64,000 bases of DNA from Paecilomyces variotii (lineage: Eukaryota): assembly GCA_004022145.1 (NCBI GenBank), contig RCNU01000001.1. The stretch is one strand, 5' to 3'. The notes beneath the pieces are model-generated. The model was not told the origin of the DNA. It ran no database searches and worked only from the letters and a program-made list of their open reading frames with translations. Both the position numbers and the translations under genes were made by a program. Below, piece by piece: positions 37,143 to 49,728 of this stretch; position 1 is the first letter of the stretch, and every line of letters starts with the position of its first letter.

Positions 37143-38497
37143 TCAATCACTTTCATCATCACTGCCGTAAGCAACCAATGGACCTGCCGTTTTTTGAGGC
37201 GCCTGCGTCGTGATATTTGCTCCCGCAAATCCTTTTAAGGCCGCTAAAGTTGAACTTGAGATAATTCCACCACCGCCTGCTTCTTGTTGAGGCTGTTCCG
37301 TAAATGCGGGAACAGGGGCGCTTTCAATAAGCCGCCGCTCTTCCGGTGCCTCTAGCTGCTTCGACTGGTCTGTCGCCTCCAGCTCCTTGGCCCGCGCATA
37401 CCACACCTCATCTGGTGGTTCATAGCCATCCAGCCCGAAACTTCCCTCAATCTTTTTTCTCTTGCGAGCCTCTGGGTCTCTGCCTTCCAGCTCCGCCACG
37501 AATTCTGCTGGCAGTGCCCTGCGCACCGCTTCAGCGGCCTGCTCATCAATTCTCTGAGCCTCACGCTTCTGCGCCAGAGGATTCGGATCCACAGTCGCCC
37601 AGCGAACATTGAGCACTTCATTATGATCAAGACTCTGATGGGCCATGGCTTCTTTTGCAAATTGTGAATTCGCCTCGTTCGAATACGTAACGAAAGCAAC
37701 ACCGCGCGAGGTCAGAACTCGAATACGTTCGATCTGGCCCCATTCCGCGAAGTGGCGAGAGACCACCTCCTCAATGTCGTCGGTAACGTGTATCCTGCCT
37801 ACGTAGAGAGTTCGATTCTGCCGCATGAACGAGCCAACGCCACCCATGTCGTCGCGGTAGTCGCTGAACTTGTCGCGGCCGAAACAGTCTACGTTCGGGT
37901 TGAACATGTCGTGTATGGTAGGTAGACGATGAAGATATTCGCATTCATGTCCTTTGGGACTGTATCCTTCAGATTAGCATCGGAAGGGATGACGCTTCAT
38001 GGACATATAAAGAGCTAACTCACCAAACACCCCGAGCGAAAAACAGACAGAAATACGATCCAGGCACCTTATCAGCGCGCGTATATCCACTATCCTTAGC
38101 AATATTACATCGCGACGGAGCATGAGTCTTAGAAAGGTATTTATCCTCGCGATCACCGCCTAGAAAATGTTGCCCTCGCCGTCAGCCTCTTTCAATCTCT
38201 CCATGCGCATGGATTTCCCAACGACTCACCTGACCATTTATTATACCAGATATTAAACACCGTACCCGTCTGAGGCGGTGGTTCTGATTTGATCGTCGAC
38301 GGGTCGACTTGCGGTCGCGCAGGTCGTCGTTTGCGACGGATTATCTTCTTAGTCTTCTTCTCTCCTTCGTTGCCGCCGTCCGTGGACGTGATTGCGTTCT
38401 CGGCATTTTGGGTCGTGAGTGCGTTTTCATTCGTGGAGGTTTGATCTGTTGTGTTCTCGTCTCGCTCCACGGGTGGAGGACTCGTTGTGGATGCCAT
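37143..38497 (-). CDS. cwc2: Pre-mRNA splicing factor Cwc2 (CCCH + RRM)
   Basis: RRPARPQVDP...FNIWYNKWSGG, RCNIAKDSGYTRAD, FC.FFARG.CPKGHECEYLH, DCFGRDKFSDYRDDMGGVG and RRM TLYVGRI; two introns. Confidence 0.95.
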
Positions 38498-39127
38498 AGC
38501 TGCTGTTTGGGGACCTGGTCGGTCTCATTTGCGACTTGCGATGAAGTCGTTGATAGTCTGGAGAGCTATCTGGATTATGTAATGATTCGCGGGTAGTTTG
38601 TTAGTTAATGCCTCAGGCAGTAACTATATTCTATGGAATGCCGTTCATGTATGTCTATATTGTGCGAGATGGGAAATCTAATGGGTATTAATTCTTGCTT
38701 CAACTTATACTTATTTGAAGGCTGTTGAGATTTTTTAAATGTGAAGCGTGGTGGCCAAGAGGATGATCATACCCGGCCCTTTGTACACTACATATAGTAT
38801 GTAACTATGTAACAGTGCTTAGTCCTTATATAATTACATGTACGGCTATCAATTACCTGGACCCTCATTGCACTTTGGACCGTTTAGCAATCATCAGTAT
38901 TTCCGTAGCCATTTACGCCAGGGCATATATATGGATCCAACTCTTGATCTGCAATTACAAGAATTGATTATCTAGCATTACGGCAGCTAGACTCTTCCAG
39001 CATGGATACTGACGACGTATTAACTGCTTGGTATCTACGGACGTCTTTAGACCATCAAGAATAGCTCTTTACAGATGACGAGATTTCTCGGATCGAATTA
39101 ATCCGCATAACGTTATCTACACATTTC

Positions 39128-40857
39128 TCATTTGGCAACTATCGAAACGACATCCTCATCTGCCACGACATGACCCAATCCAACTCTCTGCGGGATATGT
39201 CTTGCGCTAGCGCCCCATACCAGAGCGTACTTGAATGTCTCCTTTAGTGTGCGGTGGATATGGTCGCACACGTCTTCGATAGTAGAGTTGCTGCGCACAA
39301 TGAGCGCTTCGTTGAAATCGGGGTCGACTCCTTTTCTATACGGTGATTTTGTGGTTAGTCTCTTTCTTCGTTTGTTTGGGATTCGAATCTGGAGGGGAAA
39401 AAGGGGGAAAGAAGTTGCCTACCGCTTGGTGTATATTCGGATTAGTCGTAGTTCTTTCCAGACGCGCTCGACGACGTCGTCGATTCCAAGATCGAGCTCA
39501 CAGCTCATTACGATCGTGTGTGGTTCGCGAGCGAGTTTGTCGAGAAAGTCGATGCTCACACTGTCGATTTTGTTGTATACGTAGAGACTGCTAGATATTA
39601 GTGCGGGTGTTCGGCTGTTTATCATATGGGAAAGTATCTTGCGTACCATTTAATGTATTTCCTGTGATCCTTCATGATTACATCGATAAGGTCATCGACG
39701 GTAGCTATAGCGCGAGATAGAAATTAGTTATTTGCCAGAGACAGGTGAAAGGCGGGAGGGTGGGTATATTGATCATACCGTCTTCATCTCTTATCAACAC
39801 TTCGCAGTTGAGAAGTTTGTAATCTCGAAGAATGTTGGAGATCATTTTTTCATCGATGTTCTTCGGTGGCGTCTGGAAAGTGATCTTCATGCCACCGGCT
39901 TTCTTGGGCTTCAGGTAGATATTCCTGATCGACGTTAGTCATTCATGATCGAAGACAGACGATGCCAGAAAATGAGGAGAGCATGGACTGCAACATACGG
40001 AGGTTCCCGATTGAGTCGAATTCCAACAGCTTCTAATTCAGCTTCCAACAGGGCGCGCTGCTCAGCTCGTTTCGTAGCATCCAGGACCATCATAATCAGA
40101 TCACTTGTCTAGAACCCGACAGATCAGCCTCAGAGACTCCAATCCATTAATACAGAAGACGCCTACGTACTTTCGCCGCAGAAATGACCTGTCTTCCTCG
40201 TCCCTTACCCTCAGCAGCACCCTCGATGATACCCGGAAGATCAAGAATCTGAATCTCAGCACCACCATACTCCAACACGCCGGGAATAGCTGTGAGCGTC
40301 GTAAACGAGTAAGCAGCAACTTCACTCTTCGTCTTGGTGATCTTGGACAAGAACGTTGACTTTCCCACGGACGGGAAACCAACGAGTGCCACACGTGCAT
40401 CACCACTCTTGCTGACATCGAATCCTGCACCGCCACCAGAGCCTGCACCACCGGTGGGTTCCAGTAGTTGGGCTCTTAATCTGGCGAGCTTTCTATACGG
40501 CGGGGTTTAAGTCAGTGACCAATGATAATGGTGCAGAGAAGGAATGTATCTACTCACCCTTTCAGAAGACCAAGGTGATATTCTGACATGAATGAGTTAA
40601 TAAAGGTTCTCTTTTAAAATAAACCTTCCAGAAACAGTAATATCCCACCTGTCGCCTTGTTCTCTGTTTAAACTCATTAATTAGCGGGGTCCATTCAGAG
40701 AAAAAGAAAAGAAAGAGGATATTCGAAAGATCTTACTCTGCGTCCTCCGCATCTCATCTTCGATCCTACATAGAATCCCGAGTCAGATCATGCATAAATA
40801 CCCTTGATCAGGACGAATCATCTCTCACTCTTTGATCTTCTCTGTGATGTTCACCAT
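39128..40857 (-). CDS. rbg2: Developmentally regulated GTP-binding protein DRG2/Rbg2
   Basis: [38 protein letters not shown] (DRG2-type), [21 protein letters not shown] and TGS domain ending VSIVAK*; many introns including 5' micro-exons. Confidence 0.9.
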
Positions 40858-41441
40858 TTTGGCGGTAGTTGGAGAAGAGACCCCGCGATCAGATTACTAA
40901 AGAAAGCGGACCACCCTAGAGGGGCAAAAAGGTCTTCAGAGATTCTGTTGAACAAGATAAACAAGAATACAAAATCAACGCCAAGGGGCGAGAAATATTT
41001 CTCCGGTTCTATGAGAGTCGTGAACAGGATATTGCCGAATATCAAATTCATGAAAGCGAGCGGCGCCAAGCCTTTTGAAGCCGGAGGTCGAGCGCACGTG
41101 ACGTGGGATGGAAGACAATGCTATCCAATTTTTACGCACCGAGTAGGACTCGAGAAACGAAGTCTGCAGAGAAGGTTGACATGATTTATTTACCTATCTT
41201 TGGAAAATTGGTGCGCCTAAATGATACTCGACTACGTCGCTCGTATGAGGATGGTCTGATCTAAGGCGCTACGGCATTGCTACTAGTCAATACTACAAGA
41301 AAAGGAGGTATTATGGAGAATTAATGTTCATTCAATCTATATCCACATGCATACGTCGCGAAAACATAAGATCAGAAACGAGAACCCGATCCTCCTTCCT
41401 ATAAAGCCAAGACTCCAAGAGAACAAACTACAGATAACAGA

Positions 41442-42833
41442 TTAGGCAGCGGTGGCAGCAGCCGCAGCGGCGGCCAGTTGGTTCTGCATGCCAGTGGTGG
41501 GCTGCACACCAACGCGCTCCTTGGCCAGGAGGTCAACCAGCAGAGGGCTGGGACGGCTGTCCCGCATCGGCTGGAAGACGGCCTGGCTGTTCTTGTACTT
41601 CTGTACGCTCTCAAGGTAGATGTCAAAGAGGTAGGAGGAGTCAAGAGGACCACCCTTGGCCTCAGGGTGGAACTGGGTGCTGAAAATAGGACGCGACTTG
41701 TGGATCATACCTTCGTTGGAACCGTCGTTGAGGTTAACGAAGTATGGCTTCCAGTCACTCGGCAGGGTGCTAGCATCGACAGCATAACCGTGGTTCTGGG
41801 AGGTGATGTGGCAGCGGCCAGTGGTCAAGTCCAGAGCGGGAATGTTGTGAGCACGGTTTCCGTACTTCAGCTTGATGGTGCGGGCACCGGAAGCCAGAGC
41901 CAGGAGCTGGTGGCCGAGACAGATACCCATGATAGGGACCTGAGAGCTTTCCATGAGCTTGCGGAGGTGGTAGACGGTCTCCTGGCAGTGGGTTGGGTCA
42001 CCAGGGCCGTTGGAGATGAACACTCCGTCAAAGTGGTGGGCCACCTTGTGGATCGGGTAGTCGTACGGGAAGACAGTGATGCTGGCACCACGGTTGACCA
42101 GGCTGCGGAGGATGTTCTCCTTCACACCGCAGTCAATCACAGCGACATGGCACTGGGGGTCAGCAGCGCTGACGTGGAACGGAGCTTTGGTGCTGACCTG
42201 GCGGACCAGGTTGATCTGCTCAGGGTCGATGAAAGCCTCGTCCTCGTCGGCATCGTACTCCTCACCAACGGTGATACGGGCCAGAGAGGAACCCTGCTCA
42301 CGGAGGTAGGTGACAATGGCACGGGTGTCGACGCCAGAGATGGCAGGAACACCCTCACGGGCGCACCACTCACCCAGACTCTCGACCGCGGTCCAGTGAC
42401 TGTACTGCTCCGCAACGTCGGCGACAACGACACCAGCCGCCTGGAGGTTGGGGGACTCGAAGTACTTGAGGAGTCCATTGGGGTCCTTCTCAGCGGAGGG
42501 GACGCCGTAGTTGCCAATCAATGGCTGGGTGAAGACCAGAATCTGGCCACGGTAGGAGGGGTCGGTCAGAGACTCGGGGTATCCCACCAGAGAGGTGGTG
42601 AAGACGGCTTCACCAGAGATGTTGGACTTGGCTCCAAAGGACTTGCCGTGGAATACGGGACCATCTCGGATCGTGAACGTCGCGCGGTCGTGTGACACGG
42701 GCGTTCGTCTAGCGGAAGGCGTGGGGATCTTACGGTCGACAGTGGCCATAAATCGAGCCTGAAGGGTGGGTGCCTTCATCGAGGCCATAGTACTGGCCCT
42801 GATGGGGGCGGTGGTGAATAGTCGAGCAAACAT
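41442..42833 (-). CDS. cpa1: Arginine-specific carbamoyl-phosphate synthase small subunit
   Basis: GEAVFTT...[18 protein letters not shown], catalytic GICLGHQ, SQNHGY and QFHPE; mitochondrial presequence. Confidence 0.96.
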   Translation of the reverse strand: MFARLFTTAPIRASTMASMKAPTLQARFMATVDRKIPTPSARRTPVSHDRATFTIRDGPVFHGKSFGAKSNISGEAVFTTSLVGYPESLTDPSYRGQILVFTQPLIGNYGVPSAEKDPNGLLKYFESPNLQAAGVVVADVAEQYSHWTAVESLGEWCAREGVPAISGVDTRAIVTYLREQGSSLARITVGEEYDADEDEAFIDPEQINLVRQVSTKAPFHVSAADPQCHVAVIDCGVKENILRSLVNRGASITVFPYDYPIHKVAHHFDGVFISNGPGDPTHCQETVYHLRKLMESSQVPIMGICLGHQLLALASGARTIKLKYGNRAHNIPALDLTTGRCHITSQNHGYAVDASTLPSDWKPYFVNLNDGSNEGMIHKSRPIFSTQFHPEAKGGPLDSSYLFDIYLESVQKYKNSQAVFQPMRDSRPSPLLVDLLAKERVGVQPTTGMQNQLAAAAAAATAA

Positions 42834-42882
42834 TCTTTCTTGTTTCGTGTGAGTAGGGCTTCGTGTCTTGTTCGACTATGGC

Positions 42883-43118
42883 TCAGTTTATGTTGGCTTT
42901 CCAGAGGTGATCTAGAATGGCAGGTCAGTCAGTATGCAGCTCAAATTCGACAATGCTTCACACTAGCATACCCGAGATGTAGTCCTATTGAGAGAAGAAA
43001 TATTAGCTTCTGTTGAGTGCCCCCGTGTGGTATGTGGCGTGCCCCCCGAGGAAAGGCCGTCCGCGGGAGAGAAAAAAAGACTTACCTGGGAGGTGAAGAT
43101 GGAAACAATCACACGCAT
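42883..43118 (-). CDS. Arginine attenuator peptide (AAP) uORF, 24 aa in three exons
   Basis: Exons 43118-43086, 42984-42972 and 42911-42883 with GTAAGT/GTATGC donors give MRVIVSIFTSQDYISDHLWKANIN*, matching the AAP pattern (D12, Y13, W19). Confidence 0.93.
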
Positions 43119-43322
43119 AAGCGCGGTTTTACTTTTCTTGCCGTCAGTATTAGATGGGTGTATAATTGATCGATACAACGTTGGTATCGAGAAGGCCGGT
43201 GGCAGGGTTTGGTAAATGGAAGATGGCTATGAAGTCAGACGTGAGAAGAAAGGAAGAAAGAGAACGAAAGAAGGCGAGGGGCGGCAGGCTTTTTCTGGCT
43301 CGGCCGGAGCGAAGATCGGATC

Positions 43323-43329
43323 GAGTCAT
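43323..43329 (-). promoter_or_regulatory. Gcn4/CpcA-type element upstream of cpa1
   Basis: ATGACTC on the minus strand about 200 bp upstream of the AAP start. Confidence 0.5.
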
Positions 43330-43638
43330 CGGGCTCACCGCTTCGCCGCCGCCAACCAGAACCCGCCGATTTGCGCCCACAGTCCGGCTACGGCTTCCGG
43401 TGCCGATAAAGACAGGATGGAATGTTGGGATGACTTAAGAGCATCTATAATCTATTATTCTTGACTAAATATCTACTATCGTACAGTTCTATCTCGTCTA
43501 ATAAATCTCTATCTACATCCAATCTGCCCAGTGGCCTCTCTATGCCCATACTCTCTCTCTCTGTCTCTGTCTATATCTCTATATGTTGACAACATCGCCA
43601 CTATCTGCAAGAAAGAAAAAGTGCTTGCCCGTCAAAGT

Positions 43639-44911
43639 TTACTCGACCCAGCGCATAGCGCCAGGCACCTTGGGGTCATTCTCAACATATCTGCATGTCG
43701 TAAAAGTCGACCACAACTGGCCGATAAAAGAGCTCTGCTCACAGTGGTATAGGTCTCCAAGGAGAGGCTTAATGGCCTCCGTTGCCTCTTCAGCCTTGTA
43801 GAAGGGAATACGCCTAACAAAGATTTTTAGTAAACCGGCTTCTATCTTAGTTTTCTGAGAAACTTACGGGAAAAGGTGGTGAACCACGTGGGTATCAATG
43901 ATTCCGTGGAACAGAGAACGTCCAACCCAGCCAAAGTCTCTGTCCACGGTTGCCAAAGCGCCCTTAACAAAAGTCCAGCCCTCGGGAGTATAGTGATGAA
44001 CATCGGGGTGGGTGTGGTGTAGGTATGTAATTGCAACTAAAGCACGTTAGTATGGCTGGCCGCAGAATCAAAGGGCGGGGAGAAACAATACCAAGCCAAT
44101 GATGAACCCAGAAATAGGGAACAATATATAGGAGGAACACGGCAGGCCATCCGATCGCAGTGGATGCGAAGTAGAGCGCAGTCAACGTCAATCCAATACC
44201 AAGGTCCGACAGCGCAATATATACAGCCTCGTTGAGTCGGAATACAGCGCTCCTCGGCTCGAAGTGGCTCATCCGCCACCAATTGGGTTCCTCCCGCTGC
44301 TTGCTTTTGACACCCGCAGAAACATTGAAGAACAGGTACAATTGCCATCCGAACAACTGATGGCCAAGAAGCTGTACAAGCTGTACAATTGGCGCGTCCT
44401 CGAACATCTCCGGGTCGAGGTATAAGGTTTTCAGGCCTGGACGTCCCTGCGCATCCTTCGTCTGGGGCACAAAGGCCATGTCCTTCTCCATGTGTCCGGT
44501 AAACCGGTGGTGACGATGGTGCGAGAACTTCCACGAGAAGTATGGTACGAGGAGACTCGAGTGAAGCACCCAGCCGACGAAGTCATTGAACCGCCGGTGC
44601 ACCGAAAACGCACCGTGTCCAGCCTCGTGGGCCAAAATCCAGATGCCAGTACACACCAGCCCCTGAGCGTAGCCATAGGCCATCCAGGCGACGCCGCGCA
44701 GAAGCGCGTTAGGAATTTGTGGTATGTATGTCAAGGCTGCCCATCCGAGGACTGCAGCCATAGTGACATCGCGCAGGACATAGCCCATCGAAACCCATGT
44801 CGAAGGCTGGAAGCAGTGGGAAGGAATTGCATTGCGAATTGTCTGGATGTCGGGGAATTCTTGGGTGGTTGTCACCCGGCTAGAAAGCTCGGTGTTCCGA
44901 TGTTTCGACAT
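43639..44911 (-). CDS. Methyl-end fatty acid desaturase (delta-12/omega-3 type)
   Basis: [10 protein letters not shown]; His boxes HEAGH, HHRHH and HVVHH; two introns; C-terminus ...[18 protein letters not shown]...GAMRWVE*. Confidence 0.9.
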
Positions 44912-45521
44912 CGGATCTGGATGAGATGGGAATTAGGGCTAGTAGATGACTGTTGCAGCAACCTTCTAGAATGCACGATTATTCACAGAAGGTGCTTAAC
45001 GTGCAGCAAAATAACTAATAACACGTAGAGGCCTCCTGAGGAGATCTTTTCGGTGTTAGACGCTAGCATCCTTTGGGACAGCTAGGCGAAGGGGACGGTG
45101 CCCCTTGCCCCTTGGCTAGGCTAAAAAATTCAGTGCCATTGAAGCCTCCGAACTCTGTGTTCGTTGTTGCGGAGGACCAAAGTACCTCGAATAACTACAT
45201 GATGTTGAGTTAGTTTTAGGATAGCAGCCACAGCACAGCCTGAGGCTGGGGGATCTGAGGTCAGGTGCTGCCCCTGCAGAATATGTACGATAGAGTTACA
45301 TGGTCTTGGCAGACTAGTTACTTACCTGCGAGAGACAGGTTTTTTTTGCCGATTTCTTGATCTATAAGACAACAATTAATTATTGCACTCGCCGATTTTC
45401 TAGGAGAGAGTATTTACCTATTTTGCTTTTCATGTATATACTGTCCAGTATGGTTGGTGGCAGAATAAAACCTACACGGTCTGACGCCTACACAACCCCT
45501 GAGTGATAGACATAGATTGCC

Positions 45522-47216
45522 TCAATAATGAGCCTTGAGTATATCCTCCGCAGCAGCTTTCTGGCACTCCGCAAGAATAGTTGCCTGCTTTGCTATGTCT
45601 CCCAACTTGCTCAGCACATGCTTATTACTATCCAGGATCCCATAAAATGCATATGGAATTCCAACGTCTTCACAATACTCCAGGACGAACTTCTGCGCCC
45701 GGGCCAGATTATGCCGCGGCATTCGTGGGAACAAATGGTGTATAACTTGGAATTGCAATCCACCGTACCAGAAGTTCAGCCACTCCGGACAATCAACATC
45801 CATGGTTGTCCGTAACATCTTCTGGGGAAATGACTCGCTGGCACCCAGGTCGGCGGTGCTCATGGCGAAATGGCTGACGGTGAACAAGACATGCAAGGGC
45901 ATGGTGACCATATGGCTGACCATCAGGAATGCAAAGCGATCCCACATTGTTGGAATCGATTTGTATAGGATGCCGTATCCAAACCAAGCCCAGAAGAAGA
46001 CTTGCCCTACCATCTCGTACCAGCGATGCCACCACGCGATGCCTTTCCTAGGACCCAGCCCTCTTAATAGATGTTCCCAACTGAGTCGATAGAGATTAAA
46101 GCGTCCGAATAGTAAGATAGGATAATACATCCAATGCTGGATCCGGATTAGTACCCTCGCGGCAGCGTCATAGGTCATGACACGTTCGTAGAATGTGCTT
46201 CGAAGAGATGTGAAGAAACGATGAGAGATGGCAAAGAATGGAATGTGCTCGATATCAGGATCATGTTCTGGCGCATTCGTCACGACGTGATGGATATTGT
46301 GGTTTCGCTTCCACCAGCTGGCGCTGAGCCCACCGATGAAGCTTGCAATGGTAAATGCAATGAGAGAGTCCGTCGTGTAGTCGTGTGTGATGGCCAGATG
46401 CGCTGCATCGTGTACTGTAAATACCAGCAGGTGCCATAGCATGCCCAGAAAAATGGCGCTGGTGTTGTACCAGCCTAGTCGGAGAAATAGTACGAAGAGA
46501 AGAGCGACGAGGACATATCGACATGTTTCAACGGCGTAGGCCCGGTATGAACAATCGTATAAACCCTCCGATATAACCCGTTCGTGTAATTTATGGAATT
46601 TGCGTACGACCTCATCTTGCTTTGCAGGGTCAACAGACGGATACCTTGAGAGGTCGAGATCGATCTCTTGTTTTGTGCGGATATCAAGAAAGCTGGTCTT
46701 CGGTAGAGACTTCGCATCGGCTTTGATACCGTTCGACGTGATCATCTGGGGTCGAGATATCGTATTCCCGTCTTGGACAGTCTCATTTTTGATCTTCAAC
46801 GCCTCACTCTCACACTTTTCTTCCACACGACGTCGAAAGGTTCCCCCTTGTATCGGAGGAACGAAATTCACCCATCGTTCTTCAACTCTCCCTATCTGAT
46901 ATCTCTGCATCATGTGAACAGCACTATCAGAATGGAACCTATCCCATTGGAAACCGTCAGCCTCTACAATGAGCTCCAGCGCACGGGATGGAACAAGGAA
47001 AAGGGAGTATGCTTGCTACATCGTGATTTCATCCGTGGCATCTTTGCCCACCATATGCAGAATTGCCTTGTCACCCCCCGGGTGGTATTGCAGCCATGCG
47101 TCAACCTTTAAGACCTTTCTATCGAAAATGACAATCTGGTGGCCGTCTGCTATCAGCTGTTCAATCTCTCCGCGGGATAGAACCTTCTCCCGACGTGATT
47201 GGGTCTTGAGTGACAT
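45522..47216 (-). CDS. Cytochrome b5-fused front-end desaturase (sphingolipid delta-8 / delta-6 family)
   Basis: HPGG cytochrome b5 domain; HDAAH, HNIHH and QVIHH boxes; single intron about 46939-47019. Confidence 0.88.
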
Positions 47217-49697
47217 TGTGGAGCTCTTTTTATTTGTGGATGGATTGGAATTTGATTTAATTGCACTGAAATGCGTTGTTGGGTATGTTCGTCTTGCTCG
47301 TCTTGTGTTGGATGCTAGGTGAGAGATTGAAATCAAAGAGCGAAGGGGAACATCAGCTCAAGGACACAAAGGTGTTACCATTCGTCAATACTGGAGACGT
47401 AAAAGGAGGCCAATTGACAAATGAAAGATGTTTGCAGTTGATGTATAGTTGTGCTGAAAAAGTTCCAGCAAATGGTTGCATCTTGCTTGTTTGTTTGGGG
47501 GTATATCCTGTTGCCTAATAATAGCTGCCGGAAAGGCAGGGGAGATAGCTGGTATATCGTAAGATGCTGATTAACTTCTAAACTCCACACGGGAAAATAC
47601 GATAGGCTTGAAAAAGACCTCGGAACATCTCTGCATCCAAATAGAGCCTAGATATCTCCACATGTTCCCAGCCTGCCAATTCTGCAGTTCGCGTGGTATG
47701 ACCAACCACATCTTCGACGGTAGCATTGCTGGATGTTTCATGTTGAGGAACAGAGTCAAACAGGGCACCATGACGATGCCCCTGCTTCCATTCAAGCTTC
47801 TCAAACGGCATCCGGGGGACGTTTCAGGTGTATCTCCACACTATGCCCAGAATGCGAGAATATGACAGGCGCACGCGTGAAGACTAGCACATCCCGCATT
47901 ATATTATGGGAGACATGAGCAAGACAACAATCATCCAGAGTCTGTTTATGTCTTTTACATATCCCGCCTAATTTCGTCAGACTCTTATCTCCTTTCCCTG
48001 CATTTACTGTAGTCCAAGCTGTAAGGAGGCATTGTCCAATCAAGACCAAGGTTATCACGAGCTCCCATGTCGAACATTAATCGGATAGCGCCCAACGAAT
48101 TTCCTGTCTGGTGGCCACTCTCGATACTCATCATAATAGCAATCTTCCCAGTCTTGAATGCGGATCAATCGCAGCTTAGTATCGTGCATAGTTAGAATGT
48201 ATCTGAATACTCAGCCACGAAGCGCTTCGTTACGTCGACCTGCTGTAGAGTGTCTCGAACTGCCCACTATAAGGCATGGAGTTTTAGCTTTGATTTAGAT
48301 ATGAAGGCTCTGGCAGAGTATAAGAAGAGTACACATACTTTTGGATCGTTAATTCCAGGTTCAACCGGTGCAGCCTGCGTTGTCACTGCTCTCCCATCAG
48401 GCCCTTCGTCACTTTGGCAATGTCAGTGCGACTGCAAACCCCATCTTTGGAACTAAATAGATATATCTTGTTTCTGAGCTGCTCTCGCATTAGATGTGGG
48501 AGGTCATTGTGACCATCGATCAGTGGAGTAGTCGACAGAATATACCGCGTCCGCACCTCGTATTCCTTGGAGTCAATCTCATTCTTGGTGGCGGACAGAA
48601 ATGACCAGCTGGAGGGACGATATATGCGACTATTACAATGAGGGACGAAACTAAAAGGTATAATACTGGAAACGACATATTGGAGATTTGCCTTCGTGCT
48701 TTCTCCATTTGAAACTCGGCGGGTGGAATGCAGCCCTGTTCCTGAGTTCTACTTAAGTCCTCGGAAGGGGTAGGCTCTCCGGGACATCCGAACTGGTGCT
48801 CAAACAAATTCGGATGCAAAGACCTAGAGTTCGTCCTCTTTGGGTCACCATATTTAATTTTATGAGTCCAAGTCGATGATGAAGGAGCTTTGTCGAGTTG
48901 CTTGATCTTCCAACCTGATAGTGCTAGGGCCACTTTTCTCGAAGATCCTATCTCAAATTGTCTATCGCGTTGGCCTCTTTCCTTATATGACATTCTTTTT
49001 ATATACGCTCCCAATCCCGCAATGGACATTCTCGAGGCAAGGGCACAATGCTATCTTCGCTGATCAGATAGTTAATTCTTCTAACTTTGTAAGCTTTCAA
49101 CCGTGAATCGCCGTTCACGCGGCCAATGGCGGCTTACGCAAAAATGATTACAATCCCCGAATCTACCAGTCAATCACGATGCGCGGCTATTCTTTCGTTA
49201 AGCCTGGATAAGACAAATATGTTCATTGACAGGTATAGAAGCAGAGAATAGCAGACATACCTCAATAATAATGTCCATTGCCTGTCTACACGATTATTTC
49301 TCGGAGGTCGATGTGCTTCTTGCTACTTCCTCACATCTCCTTCCCACGCCAATATGGACTGTCACACGATCGGTGCATTATTAAGACAACTGCATTCCGA
49401 TTTATTCCTTCGGCGATCGCCATTGTCAGGGACAATATTGGCGAGTTCTGGTCCAGAGCGCTCGGGAGGAAAAAAGGCACCAACGCCGCGTGACAGGACA
49501 ACCGCGGGTTCGGGAGGAAAAGCGGGCGTCTACGCCTCAGTCTTTCCCCAGAACAGCTATTTGATGTGTCAAAGTCGAGAGAGTCTATTGTTAGTGCCAC
49601 CCAGAGGTCGGGAAAAGCGCGGAGCTGCCGGTCGGGATCGGGCAACAAGTGGAAGCCGACAAATTTGATCCCATCCCGCACGTTTTGGAGTAGACGT

Positions 49698-49728
49698 CTC
49701 CGCGGTAGCGCACTGCAACTCCGCGGAG
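49698..49728. promoter_or_regulatory. Two NirA-type sites (CTCCGHGG) upstream of flavohemoglobin
   Basis: CTCCGCGG at 49698-49705 and palindromic CTCCGCGGAG at 49719-49728. Confidence 0.7.

Noticed and set aside
41478-42695. 405-aa antisense ORF over cpa1
   Set aside because: Same codon-bias shadow; also applies to 50413-51219 over flavohemoglobin.
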